A program made the translations under genes and the position numbers. The notes under the pieces are model-generated. The model made no database searches. It was not told where the DNA came from and saw nothing but the letters and a program-made list of their open reading frames with translations. From Andalucia godoyi And28 (taxonomy: Eukaryota; Protista; Jakobida), in NCBI GenBank assembly GCA_009859145.1, contig VRVR01000065.1:26915-90914 (forward strand): a stretch of DNA of 64,000 nt, given 5' to 3'. The stretch's first letter is position 1, and the number at the start of each line of letters is the position of its first letter. Shown piece by piece: positions 33,082 through 43,514 of this stretch.

Positions 33082-33533
33082 TCAGAAGACAACTGCCGCA
33101 GCGAGGGCACCGACAACGCAGAGTGCGGATGCACCGTACGAAACAGCATCCGAGCTGGGACAGTTTCCGGGAGCCGCCCCGAGAATAGAAGTGCCTCCCT
33201 GGGTAACTGCAACTGCCGTGAAGGAGTCGCAAGTAGCACCGCTGTAATTACAGTGAAGCTATACGTGTTTCCGCCGGACGTTACGGACGCAGTGCACGTC
33301 GCAGTGTTCGTTCCATGAAAGCAAGTGGGACTTGCAAGGGTATATGCAGTCCCAGAAATCGTGATCGCGTTTGACGATGCCGTCCAGGCGGTCGTGCTGG
33401 AAGAACCTCCGTGCGGTGTAATGCACCATGTTATTGCGAGTGAGGATGCGAGCGTGGTGCCGGTGGTTGGGCATGCTGCTGTTGCGCACGCAAGCAGCCC
33501 AAAGAGAGCAACAAAGTGGCAGGCAGACTTCAT
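33082..33533 (-). CDS. Small secreted Cys/Thr-rich, probably GPI-anchored protein (single frameshift near 33247)
   Basis: Signal peptide at the start. Restoring one base gives YSGATCDSFTAVAVTQGG...SSDAVSYGASALCVVGALAAAVVF then a stop at 33082-33084. Confidence 0.65.
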
Positions 33534-34364
33534 GTCAGCGGAAAGTACAAGTCGTATGACGAGAAGAAGAAAAAAGAGAAAGAAAGAGGTAGGAAAAGTC
33601 TAATAAATTGCGGAAGAAGCAATTTAACAGTTTGTTTGAGAGACACGACCAACTGCCTTTGAAAAATCAAAAACGTAAATATGCTGGTTACACGCACCAA
33701 GGGCGTTGCACATGCTCCCATTCACAAAATTGATTGGGAGCACTTGGGTGTGCGAAAGCAGGGATGGTCGACGCTGTTCTTGAGCGGAACTTTCGGCCGC
33801 ACCAGCTTTTAGAGTAGTTTCCTAGACAACATTGCGTTCCCAAGCGGCTGCCATCAGAAACGGCATTTTGCTTCTACGCATCTGGTGTTTTGTGGCACCG
33901 GGAATGTTTTGAAAGACCCCATCCCAGCAGCAAGAGAATTCGGAAAACTCTGTTCTTGTTCTTTTGAAAATGCAGTCATCCCAGGGATCATCCGGCGCGT
34001 TTCCAATTGATTGGATGACCTGTGTGCCTTCCGCATTCCGTCTTTTGCAGCAGGAAGGACGACGATGACGCGGGTGTTCGAAGAAAATCTTTGCTCGCTC
34101 ATACCAGAAGACTGGCAGAAACAGGCAAATTGCTGCACTGAAATTTCTGCAACAAGCCACTTCATTTTGAAAGCACGCGGCTTCATTTTTATCGAATTCA
34201 ATGTATTCCCTACGAAGAGAAATTTTGCCAGAGCCCAAACCTCTTTGAAGACTTCGGAGCAGACTGTGGCCTTGCAGGGCTCATACTGACACGGCGCGTT
34301 TCTCATTGTTACCGCTTTTCGTATATCTTCATCTTGAAACACGGTTCGTGAGTTGAAGCATGCG

Positions 34365-35210
34365 ATGCTGGATACCAATGGGGACTATCGCAAGTACAGA
34401 ACAAACCCAACGTTCCGCGGCGGCTGGTTCCTCGATTGTTTCAATCCCATCGAGTACTATGAGTACGCCAAAAGCGGGCAACTAGCTCTTTATGCCGCTG
34501 TTCAGCTGGCGGTCCTGATTCTTCTGTACGTGTTCTTCTTCTCGACCATTTCCACAGATTCGTGGTACGGCATGGCGTTCTTCGTCGCAGTCATTCTTCG
34601 ACTGATTGTGAACCTGACCACGTACAATCCGCTCCACATCTTGTTTCGCAGATGGCGACTCTTGCAGTATGCGGGTCCGATGGTGACCCCCGAGAATTAC
34701 ATGGCACAAGAATTTCAAGTCGCGATATTCGAACGGTACTCGCGCTGGATTGACTGGTTCTGGATCATTCTCTCCAAGAGCAAGCTGCTGCGAGTGCTGT
34801 ACCCGTTGTGGATGCTATTCTTCGTCGTCGTCACCGGGATGAGCATTATTTTTGGGATGACGGAGAAGTCCGACAACCTCAAGTTCCTGTGGCTCATTCT
34901 GCCGGTGGCGGATTTCGTCATCTCGTCGCTCCGTCTGGGAAGCGCGGGAGCTGTGGAGCGCAACGAAGAACCATTTGACCTTCTTGGAGAGTACTCTGTA
35001 TCCAAAACGGTGCAGATGTCGAGCAACTCCACCCTGACAACCACATACACTGATGCTCAAGTTTACTTTCTCGATTCGGTGACCGTGTACAATCCAAATG
35101 GTGGGAACACGCGTCTCGAAAGTTCAGACGCCCAAGTATCTGACACTTCCGGCATCGAAATGCATCCGCCACCGCATTCAGAAGGAACTAGAGCCTCCTC
35201 GGCATGGTAG
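34365..35210 (+). CDS. Multi-pass membrane protein of unknown function
   Basis: About four hydrophobic helices and a GC3-rich codon pattern. Confidence 0.7.
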   Translation: MLDTNGDYRKYRTNPTFRGGWFLDCFNPIEYYEYAKSGQLALYAAVQLAVLILLYVFFFSTISTDSWYGMAFFVAVILRLIVNLTTYNPLHILFRRWRLLQYAGPMVTPENYMAQEFQVAIFERYSRWIDWFWIILSKSKLLRVLYPLWMLFFVVVTGMSIIFGMTEKSDNLKFLWLILPVADFVISSLRLGSAGAVERNEEPFDLLGEYSVSKTVQMSSNSTLTTTYTDAQVYFLDSVTVYNPNGGNTRLESSDAQVSDTSGIEMHPPPHSEGTRASSAW

Positions 35211-35373
35211 GAAGGAAATCACGTTGGTCGTCTTGCCTGCAACCGATTTTGCAGACACGGGAAAACATGTGCACTAAAGTATCGATGGAATAGCAATTAA
35301 GAACATGGATACGTCCAGAAACGCCGAGAATCGACGAACGGTATACGTGTGGCTGGTGCATCATACACATAAA

Positions 35374-36030
35374 TCAGCTTCTAAAATGTTCATCTTTCGG
35401 AGAAGAAGGCTCACCACCGAAACAGTGGGCAGGGAAACCTCTTCCAATAGCATCTTCATAGGGAAAATGCCAGCGATTCAAATCAGACGGTGCTTCAAAC
35501 CGTGGGACAAATCGCAAAGGCATGGACGACGTCGACGGCAACCTTTTGAAGATTTGTTCAGGAAACAGCTCGCTCAGCGACGGTAAAAGCGGGTTGGGCG
35601 CACCTAGAGGAAAAGCAATAGCGACTGGAGGCTGCGGTATCATTGAGGAATGCAAAGACATGGGAACCTGTTCATGGCCCTTGGTGGTATGGACCGACAG
35701 TGGTGGAACGTGTGTCGTCGTTTGAGGGCAGGTGACACTGTCGGACGAAAGGAGAGGAGTTAGACGCTGGTGATTGCTATCGATACCTTTGCCGTTGCGC
35801 TTGCATCTCTTTTTGGTTGCGCATCCTTCCGCCATTAATGAATTCCGGAAAGAGCACAAACCGCGTTTCTTTTGTCGAGAATATGCGCATTCTTCTTCAT
35901 CATGATTGTCGACGCATCGTGAACACGGAAGCTTGCCATCACACGCTTTGTGGATCCGCTGGTAGGGGGCACATGCATGGGTAACCCGACGTCTCCTCGA
36001 TATTCTGTTTTCATCGTCCATGATAAGCAC
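35374..36030 (-). CDS. Zn2Cys6 transcription factor with second Cys replaced by Tyr
   Basis: CAPYQRIHKACDGKLPCSRCVDNHDEEEC. Confidence 0.75.
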   Translation of the reverse strand: MLIMDDENRISRRRRVTHACAPYQRIHKACDGKLPCSRCVDNHDEEECAYSRQKKRGLCSFRNSLMAEGCATKKRCKRNGKGIDSNHQRLTPLLSSDSVTCPQTTTHVPPLSVHTTKGHEQVPMSLHSSMIPQPPVAIAFPLGAPNPLLPSLSELFPEQIFKRLPSTSSMPLRFVPRFEAPSDLNRWHFPYEDAIGRGFPAHCFGGEPSSPKDEHFRS

Positions 36031-37350
36031 GGGAAATCACGTCACAATTCCCTGTCTGTTGGACGGCCCACGGAAATGCACTTGCTGAACGATGAAACGT
36101 CAAAGCCCCTTCAGGACCTTGGATCCCAGTTCCGTAGTGTACAGACGTTGGGTGTCGACTCGCCAAACGATGTTGCAGGGGGTACTTGGTAACCTTGACG
36201 ACCAGAACAGAACACTGTCCGTTCCAACAGTGCCGTCCACCTTTCATTTACCAGACGCTTCCAACTGTCATGAGTTCATTCGTCCAGCGGCTGATTTGAA
36301 CGCTGGGAAAAGAAACGTGGAAGAAAGCAAGCAGATCATTGTGAGGAGCTGGTAAGGTGAAATGCAGATTTTTTTGGGATGTTGACGAGTTGTGCAGGGC
36401 GTGGTCCGAAAGAGAGGAGGCAACACAAGCTCGTGCCCCGTCAAAGAAGAATCGGTGGGAGGAGACCTTTTCTCAGCCTACTTCATAAGGAGACAATCAA
36501 AGAAATCAGCAGGGAAAACAGGGCGGGTACAGCGGTGGAGCGGAAATACAAAGAGCATCTTGGATCGAATTGTCAGTGACAATTTGATACTATGTGTCAG
36601 AGTTAAATGCGACTTAAGTCGCAAAAAGGAAAAAAGCGCGTGCCCGGAGTCGAGCTCTCGTGGCGAATGGAAGGAATTTGGAAAAATGCGCACTCAGATT
36701 ACATCGTTCAGCTGTCGTGACACGGGGCTCACATCTCCAGCAAGGGTTCAGTCGGGAGACGACGCTTCAGAGAGGTATGTGAGTGATTGTTAACTGCAGA
36801 ACGGTCAGTGTGCGTTCTTTCTTCCATACTTCTGTCGCGAAAGTGTGTGATTTGTCACGTTGCTTCTGGTGGACAACAGATATCGTCTGTTCTTTCTCCT
36901 GCTTCTCCTGCTCAAATTGTTTGGTCGTTATCGTCTTTTTACTCTTCCGATTCAGTGCTTCATTGTTCAGCAGAAATTTACTGAAAATAAAAACCACCCA
37001 ATTAATAAATTCTCAAAAGGTTTTGTCTGGTGAAAAACTTTATGCTTACGAGTAGAAAAAAAGTGAATCCTCGTCATATTCGCACATCCTAAGGATGAAG
37101 ACGGTGAGTCCCTCAAAGACGATCTGTCTTGCTCATTGTTTCGCAGCATTTTTCGCTGACTGGCATTCCTAATCACTTTCAGACTCTCCCTGTTATACAA
37201 CGCCGTCGAGGCAAGAGAGCAGTGTCGCATAGCTGTGAGAAATCGGTATTCTGTGGCCTCTTGGTATCCTTTGAGGAGTTTTAAAAAACGCACTGGAACG
37301 AAACGGTCCAGCGGTTACTCTCGGATATTCGTACTTTAGAGACGGCATTT

Positions 37351-38329
37351 ATGCAGTTGTCAGCAACGGAACGGCCAGCTCGGTTCTTCAGGCATTTTTC
37401 CTGCAGATCCATCCGCAGACCCCTGCTGTTGGAAAATGCGCTTCAGCTAAACATCACCAACATGCGAACACCATTTGATGTCCAAGATGCCGGCCGCGAA
37501 GTGCACGGTTATGGTGAGATATTGTTTGAAGAAGCTGAAGTGTGCATCTGTTCGGAGAATGCATACTTTGTGTTTTGGCATCGTTTCAGCAAAGGTCGCC
37601 TTTACCATAGTGTGTCTGTGGATCTTGGGAACTTCACTGGTGGAACGATCCACACGTATTTGCACTATACAGGCATGTCGTCTCCCGTTTTCGATGTTGC
37701 TCGAATTCCAGGGGCGTTTGAAGCATACATCACGGAAGGGTATGCTTCGAATAACTTCCCGATATCTATTCGTCTGTTCGAAGAATCAGTTTGCACAATT
37801 ACTCAACAGTCACGACGGTGTTTTCACATGAAAACCGGATGCGCGAGACCCAGACTGCGGAATGCAGTTTCCTCGATCCATACCAAGGAATTGCAGATTT
37901 TGGCGGATTTGTCGTGAACACCTCAGCCAACAACTGGATCAATATTCTCTGCCGGTGACGTCCACATGCGCACGCATGTCTTGGATTGTAGCGTTTTCCG
38001 AAAACAATCCTTGTATGTTGACCACATCGCCGGCCGGCAGCCGAACACCACCCGCTATGGAATCCACAAATTCACCTCGGCACGGCCACCCGGCGGCAGA
38101 AGAGGCGTCGGTGCTCTTCTCGCGGAACGAAGTCAGCATCTTTTGCCTGGGCAACCGAGGAAACGTCCACCGATATGTTTACAAGGTGAACCTTTCGTAT
38201 GAGACGTTTCCCGACGATGATTTCTCGGTTGGTGATGCAACTGCTTCGGTTGCCTTTCCTGCGCGTCTCTTACATGTCATCATTCTACTGGTCAGAGTGT
38301 GTAGCATAATGGTCCTGCAGAGAGAATGA
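37351..38329 (+). pseudogene. Multiply frameshifted secreted/GPI-type gene
   Basis: Protein-like segments hop between frames near 37850 and 37945-38090; the C-terminus is hydrophobic (FPARLLHVIILLVRVCSIMVL). Confidence 0.4.
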
Positions 38330-38848
38330 ATGCTGCGTTCGTTACGTTATGTCTTCCTTTCTTTTTTAATGCCGAATCCGGAACCGTCTCATCCGAATCG
38401 TTTCGGCAGGCAGCGAAGGCTGAATGGCCCTAGTGAGGCAGGGCGACTGCGTAGCCATGCTGCGATCCATCGCGAACGGCAACGTGGATCCAGAGATTGT
38501 GCAACACTGTCAGCGTACCTCGCACGTCGTCCAGCTGAGTCTCTACGCTAGCACCGCAACATCACTTCTGCTTGATTGACGATCCGTTAACCGCACGTTT
38601 TCCGAATCCAGAACAGTTCTAAGTTTGTACTATTTTCATTCAATACAGTCGCGGTCGACGCCACAATGCGGAGAAGCTACTTGCTGACGAATCTGAAATT
38701 CGTATGTATGAGCTGCTTCTCACTTCCTTAAACGAGGATGTTGCCGTAAATGATGCAACATTGACCAACTAACAGGATACGAACATTGTCGCCATGGACT
38801 GTTGTGTTTCCGTCTTTACTCTAAATAAACAGAGCACGAGAACAGAAG

Positions 38849-39712
38849 CTAGTTTGCAAAGTGAATAGAACGCAAAAAACGCATCACTGCGGCATAAAAC
38901 TCGGTTGCGTACTCGAATGGACCAAGATGAGATGCACCGTGAATGCAGTGCAAGTGGACGGGACCTCCCCATTTTGCACACGAAAAGTCATCAAGAACGT
39001 GCGACATAAAAACATCACGATCGCCAGTGATGAGCAGCACCGGACATTGCACCTCCGACAAAACATTGCGGACGCTTTCTGCACAATTCTTGATATACGA
39101 AAGAAGGACGGAGGATTCAACTGCCTGGTACACAGAAGAATCCTCGAAGATGTCGGCCTCGATGGCGTCCCAGACTTCTGGCAGCTTGCCGCTGCCCCAT
39201 CCGATGTACGCCGCTCGATTACCTTGCATGCCAGTCTTCCACAACTCACGCATTGCATGCAGCATGTCTTCCGGAGACACACCGCCAGGAGTCACTAATC
39301 CTGTCGATGGAACAGGTGAATAGAGCGCCATGCCAGTCACGTACTCCGGAACAGTCGCTGCAACCAACTCCGCAACTCTTCCGCCAAGGGACCAGGCAAC
39401 GATGAAGAATTTCTTCACGGACAAGTGCTGAAGCAGTTCGACAATATCTGCTGCGCAGTCTGGAGAATTCATTGAAGAACAAGTATCTGGCGATGCAGTG
39501 TTCAACCATGCAGTCTTCCCATGACCTCTGAGGTCCACCGCAACGGTGCGGAATTTCGGCAGATCGGACACCGTTGCCTGGGACAGAAAAAGTCTCCATG
39601 TGCGCAAAGACGACGACCCGCTATGAATCAACAGGAGAGTGACACGATCGCCCTGTTCCCAGTGCGTCGTTTCGTAATGTAGGTGGATGCCGTTGGGGGT
39701 ATCGAAGAACAT
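38849..39712 (-). CDS. Alpha/beta-fold hydrolase
   Basis: LLIHS, DLRGHGKT, AWSLGG nucleophile elbow, ITGDRD and ASH; likely ATG at 39712 (ORF open to 39790). Confidence 0.9.
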   Translation of the reverse strand: MFFDTPNGIHLHYETTHWEQGDRVTLLLIHSGSSSLRTWRLFLSQATVSDLPKFRTVAVDLRGHGKTAWLNTASPDTCSSMNSPDCAADIVELLQHLSVKKFFIVAWSLGGRVAELVAATVPEYVTGMALYSPVPSTGLVTPGGVSPEDMLHAMRELWKTGMQGNRAAYIGWGSGKLPEVWDAIEADIFEDSSVYQAVESSVLLSYIKNCAESVRNVLSEVQCPVLLITGDRDVFMSHVLDDFSCAKWGGPVHLHCIHGASHLGPFEYATEFYAAVMRFLRSIHFAN

Positions 39713-40234
39713 TGGTGCGTGTTTTAGAAACCAAAAAAGAATAAAACTGTCGAAATAAAATAAACTGGACCTGTGCGCATGTTTTGGCATTTGGATGGTG
39801 GACGGATGTCCTGTAAAAAGGAGGATCTGGCAGTTACAGAGTGTGCTAGCAAGCGTTGTGCAGCAGTCGGACTCCGAGGAATGTTGCTAAGGCGCCCGTC
39901 CTAATATTCTCTACGCAGAAAATATCAAGTGCCGTCAAGCTATCCGTATTCGACAGATGAATCCCCGCCTACGAGCTTCTACGGCAAAGCAGGACGCACT
40001 GAAAAGGTGTTTCCAGGTTCCCCGTCAACCGCCAACATCGGACGAACGCATGTTCTTCATAATGACAATATGATCCTTTGTGAAGTGCCACGCCGCAGAA
40101 TGGATTGCTTTTTTTTTTAAACTAAAAAAACGTGGCAACAAGAAGTTCCAGCTTGCTACTCGATAGGCAGCAATGCAGGCACAGTATTCTTAGCGGAAAC
40201 AGAACAAGAAAATAAGCCGGCGCTCAAGGAATAC

Positions 40235-40486
40235 ATGGAGTTTCTTGAAGAGTGTCCTCGCGAAGACAATAACTGGGACGCATGGGCGATGCATGATGTT
40301 GATGATGATGAGGAAGACTCTGATGCGAAGGAGATGGGCGATGATGATCTCTTTGACTGCTTCTATGAGATGATCTCCGATTTTCCCAGTCGAAATGTGG
40401 AGCGGTCTCGTTCACGCATGATAGACACAGATCCAGCTGCAGATCGAAAAAAGGTTTCAGTAGTACAAACTACGTGGATCAGTTGA
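40235..40486 (+). CDS. Small acidic hypothetical protein
   Basis: 83-aa ATG ORF rich in D/E; its tail overlaps the tail of the Zn2Cys6 gene. Confidence 0.35.
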   Translation: MEFLEECPREDNNWDAWAMHDVDDDEEDSDAKEMGDDDLFDCFYEMISDFPSRNVERSRSRMIDTDPAADRKKVSVVQTTWIS

Positions 40487-41117
40487 CGGAGTGTCCCGAA
40501 GTTCCAAAAGCCAACAACTGACTCACAATGTAATGCAGAACAGGCATTTCGGAGGTGCTGCACTCGGACTGTTCTGGTTGGCTGAGGCGCTCATTCTGTG
40601 GAAGAAGCTGCAAAGATTGAGAGAATGAATTAGCCTGTTGCGCAGAATGTAAAGACGAAGACAGCAGCGAATTCTGGTCATTTCGTGCGCATCCACCTGC
40701 AACGTCAATTGCCGACGAGTAACATGTCGTGGGAAATACCGGTTGCCATTTCAAGTGTCCTTCGCCACCGACCGCGCAGTACGATTCCTCGGGACAATTA
40801 CAGAGACCATTGCAACTCCTTTGCAATACGAATCGAGAAGTAGACGGCATCACCGGATGAACGTCTGCCAAAGAATGGATAAGATTGTAGGCGGACTGCT
40901 TGCTCTTACTGCCTGTTGTTGCACTGTGCCAATCGGAAGATTTCGAACCTTTCTTTGGCCTGCCAGCGGTGATTCCTGTGTAGACACATTGCCGACCAGT
41001 CCGGAAGCATCGGTTGCAAACAGGTCCGTGTCGATCGCATTTTTTGCGGAGCTGCCGACACGCAAAGCACGAAGTTCTCTGAAGAGATCCTTCTGATTCA
41101 GCAGCAACACTGTCCAT
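40479..41117 (-). CDS. Zn2Cys6 transcription factor
   Basis: CFACRQLRKKCDRHGPVCNRCFRTGRQC, all six Cys present. Confidence 0.9.
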   Translation of the reverse strand: MDSVAAESEGSLQRTSCFACRQLRKKCDRHGPVCNRCFRTGRQCVYTGITAGRPKKGSKSSDWHSATTGSKSKQSAYNLIHSLADVHPVMPSTSRFVLQRSCNGLCNCPEESYCAVGGEGHLKWQPVFPTTCYSSAIDVAGGCARNDQNSLLSSSLHSAQQANSFSQSLQLLPQNERLSQPEQSECSTSEMPVLHYIVSQLLAFGTSGHSVN

Positions 41118-41840
41118 CCTTGTTTGACCATGAACTTTACAAAGCAGAAAGAAGGTATGACAAGAAGAACATTCGTTTTTTCATCTTCACCAAGCTTTTT
41201 TGAAGCAGTTCGAGAGACCGTGGCGAGTGTCACCGAATCGGTACGTCACGAGACCCCTTTTATTCTGCAGACTCCTGCGGAACGCAGCGTTCACGGGTTT
41301 AACAAAGATAGAAAACGCCGCGTTGTCAGATTCGGAAAATGGAAGTTTCCGACAATTTTATTGCGAACAAACCGGAGTTTACAAGAACGCACGGGCAGAT
41401 TCCTCGTCCCACCTGATCGCACACATCAATCTCCGAGCCGGATGCTCCACAGATGTCAAAACACATGCACTGATCCTGAACGCATGAAACTGTGCATCTG
41501 GCTGCGGAAAAAATTAAAATCTCTGTCGTCCTGCGTGCATTTGTTGCAAGTCGTCGCTACATTTCGTTCGCGGTTTCACGTTGTCAACAACCATACTGCA
41601 ACAGAGAACTGCAGTTCTTGAAGCTGCTCCCACTGGGCTGTGCATCTTACATCACTCGATTTCAGATTGTAGGTCTGGAATGTCCGAGCCGAAACAATTT
41701 GAACTGCATTGCATGAAACAAACAGAATGTTTCAAATAAATACTTGCCGCTCCGACTTTCGACGGTTCGATGGTGTTTACACAACAGTCTCAATGATTCG
41801 TCGTGCGATATGCCACGGGCGCTCCATGTTCCAGCGAATG

Positions 41841-42692
41841 TTACTTATTGTTGCTCGCTTGATAGGACAGAAACAGAGACAAAAGAGAGTCGATTTCCCA
41901 AAATTGGGCCAGGAACCTCGGAGTGAGACTGAAATCATTCGGAGTATCATCTGACCACATAGATGTCTGTTTGTTGTTGTCGCAAACTGCGTCGACGGTC
42001 GACGCAGTTGATTCGACGCTGCCACTTCGAACGGTTCCACTGAATGAATAGCTGCTTTCCAAGTCTCGTATCCCGCAATAAGCCCAGTCCACAGAAGGAT
42101 GCTTTGGATTGAAAGTGAAGTTGTTAATGCTGGTTCTTTTTCCACAGACATTGAGACGTCTTTTCTTGGATAGAATGACGAAACTGGGAGAAAGTATCCG
42201 AAATAAGAGCTTTCGATTATACGAAGTACGGTCTCCTACTTTCGGTTTGCATATCGCCGTTCCGACAATACAAAACTGGAACAATTGTCGGCGTGCACCG
42301 TGAACAAAGGACGGCAACTTCCCCAGCGAAAATGGCACTGTTTCGCCACACCAATTCCCAGCATCAGTGTAGTGTAGTGAAGATGCATGCGTGCTTCTGG
42401 ATTTGGTGAACAACAAACCGTCGTCAATCACCGACTGCGTCTTCACATCCAGTAACCATGTCTGCACCACGAGCTTGCCACTCTTCACAAGCTGAAGAAA
42501 GAGCGGACTGCATGGTTTGACAACAAACTCTATGCGGAAGGAGTATACTGCGGTTCGATACCAAGTCTGATCCTCAAGTCCCCACTCGTGGAAGGAGGTC
42601 CTTCCGGACCGCACACAGACTTTTATAACAAAATCGTTTGCGAACACTTCCTCTGGAGATGTATGTGTCCAATCAAAGCTTTCCGACATCAC
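41841..42692 (-). CDS. Possible beta-sandwich DNA-binding protein
   Basis: 283-aa ORF with a beta-rich core ending SPSFVILSKKRR; function is inferred. Confidence 0.45.
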   Translation of the reverse strand: MMSESFDWTHTSPEEVFANDFVIKVCVRSGRTSFHEWGLEDQTWYRTAVYSFRIEFVVKPCSPLFLQLVKSGKLVVQTWLLDVKTQSVIDDGLLFTKSRSTHASSLHYTDAGNWCGETVPFSLGKLPSFVHGARRQLFQFCIVGTAICKPKVGDRTSYNRKLLFRILSPSFVILSKKRRLNVCGKRTSINNFTFNPKHPSVDWAYCGIRDLESSYSFSGTVRSGSVESTASTVDAVCDNNKQTSMWSDDTPNDFSLTPRFLAQFWEIDSLLSLFLSYQASNNK

Positions 42693-43514
42693 ATGTGCGC
42701 GCTTCTTGCAGGAAATTCACTAAACTGCAATGTTAACAGTGTAGAGTAGAAGCAAAAAAGTAAGTCTCGGTTTCTTTGTGATTCGCCGTCGACACTTAAA
42801 TCTGTGCGATGAAAATGAAAATGAAGACGATATGTGCATTATGTAAGGTCCATTTAAACACATCCACGACCACGTTGGAAGTTTTACGAATTGACCCCCG
42901 CAATCGATGCGGCTCGTTCAGCAGGATGTTGAAGCACTCGTCTGTCCAGTACCTGCAATCGCGTACAAGCGGTGGGAGCACGGTACAGTACCATTAGAAC
43001 GTACAAGTCTTGTTCTGCTCGCCGCTCGCTGCGACTGCTCTTTTGTATTTCAACTGTTGCAGCAGACAGTAGCTTTTGAAGCTGAAGCGATGTCGGACAG
43101 CTTGAACGCTTATTTTTCAAATGCTCTTACGTATTTGTGGAAAACGCTGGCAGGAAATTCTCATAACCAGATTTCTCCGCGACTTTCATGCTCACCTCTC
43201 GGAGCCATTAGACACAAATACGCTGACAAATAATACCAAAAAGCATCCGCAAACAATAGACAAATGTAACAGCAGGTCCCGGGTTGTTGCTTTGTATTTA
43301 TTTCAATAAGGTCATATGTACGTGACCCCCCTGCCACATTGCGCAATTCCTGTTGCATTTTCCGGCGCAACTCTTCGACGCTTGGACGCCACAGCAAGCG
43401 TCCGTGTCGTCCGTACCAGGTCGCATAGCACGTAGCAACTCCTCGAGGACATCGAAAAGGTCGTCAATGAACCCCATCGGCTCGCGAAAGCGAAGTCAGT
43501 GGTACAGCCAAGTA

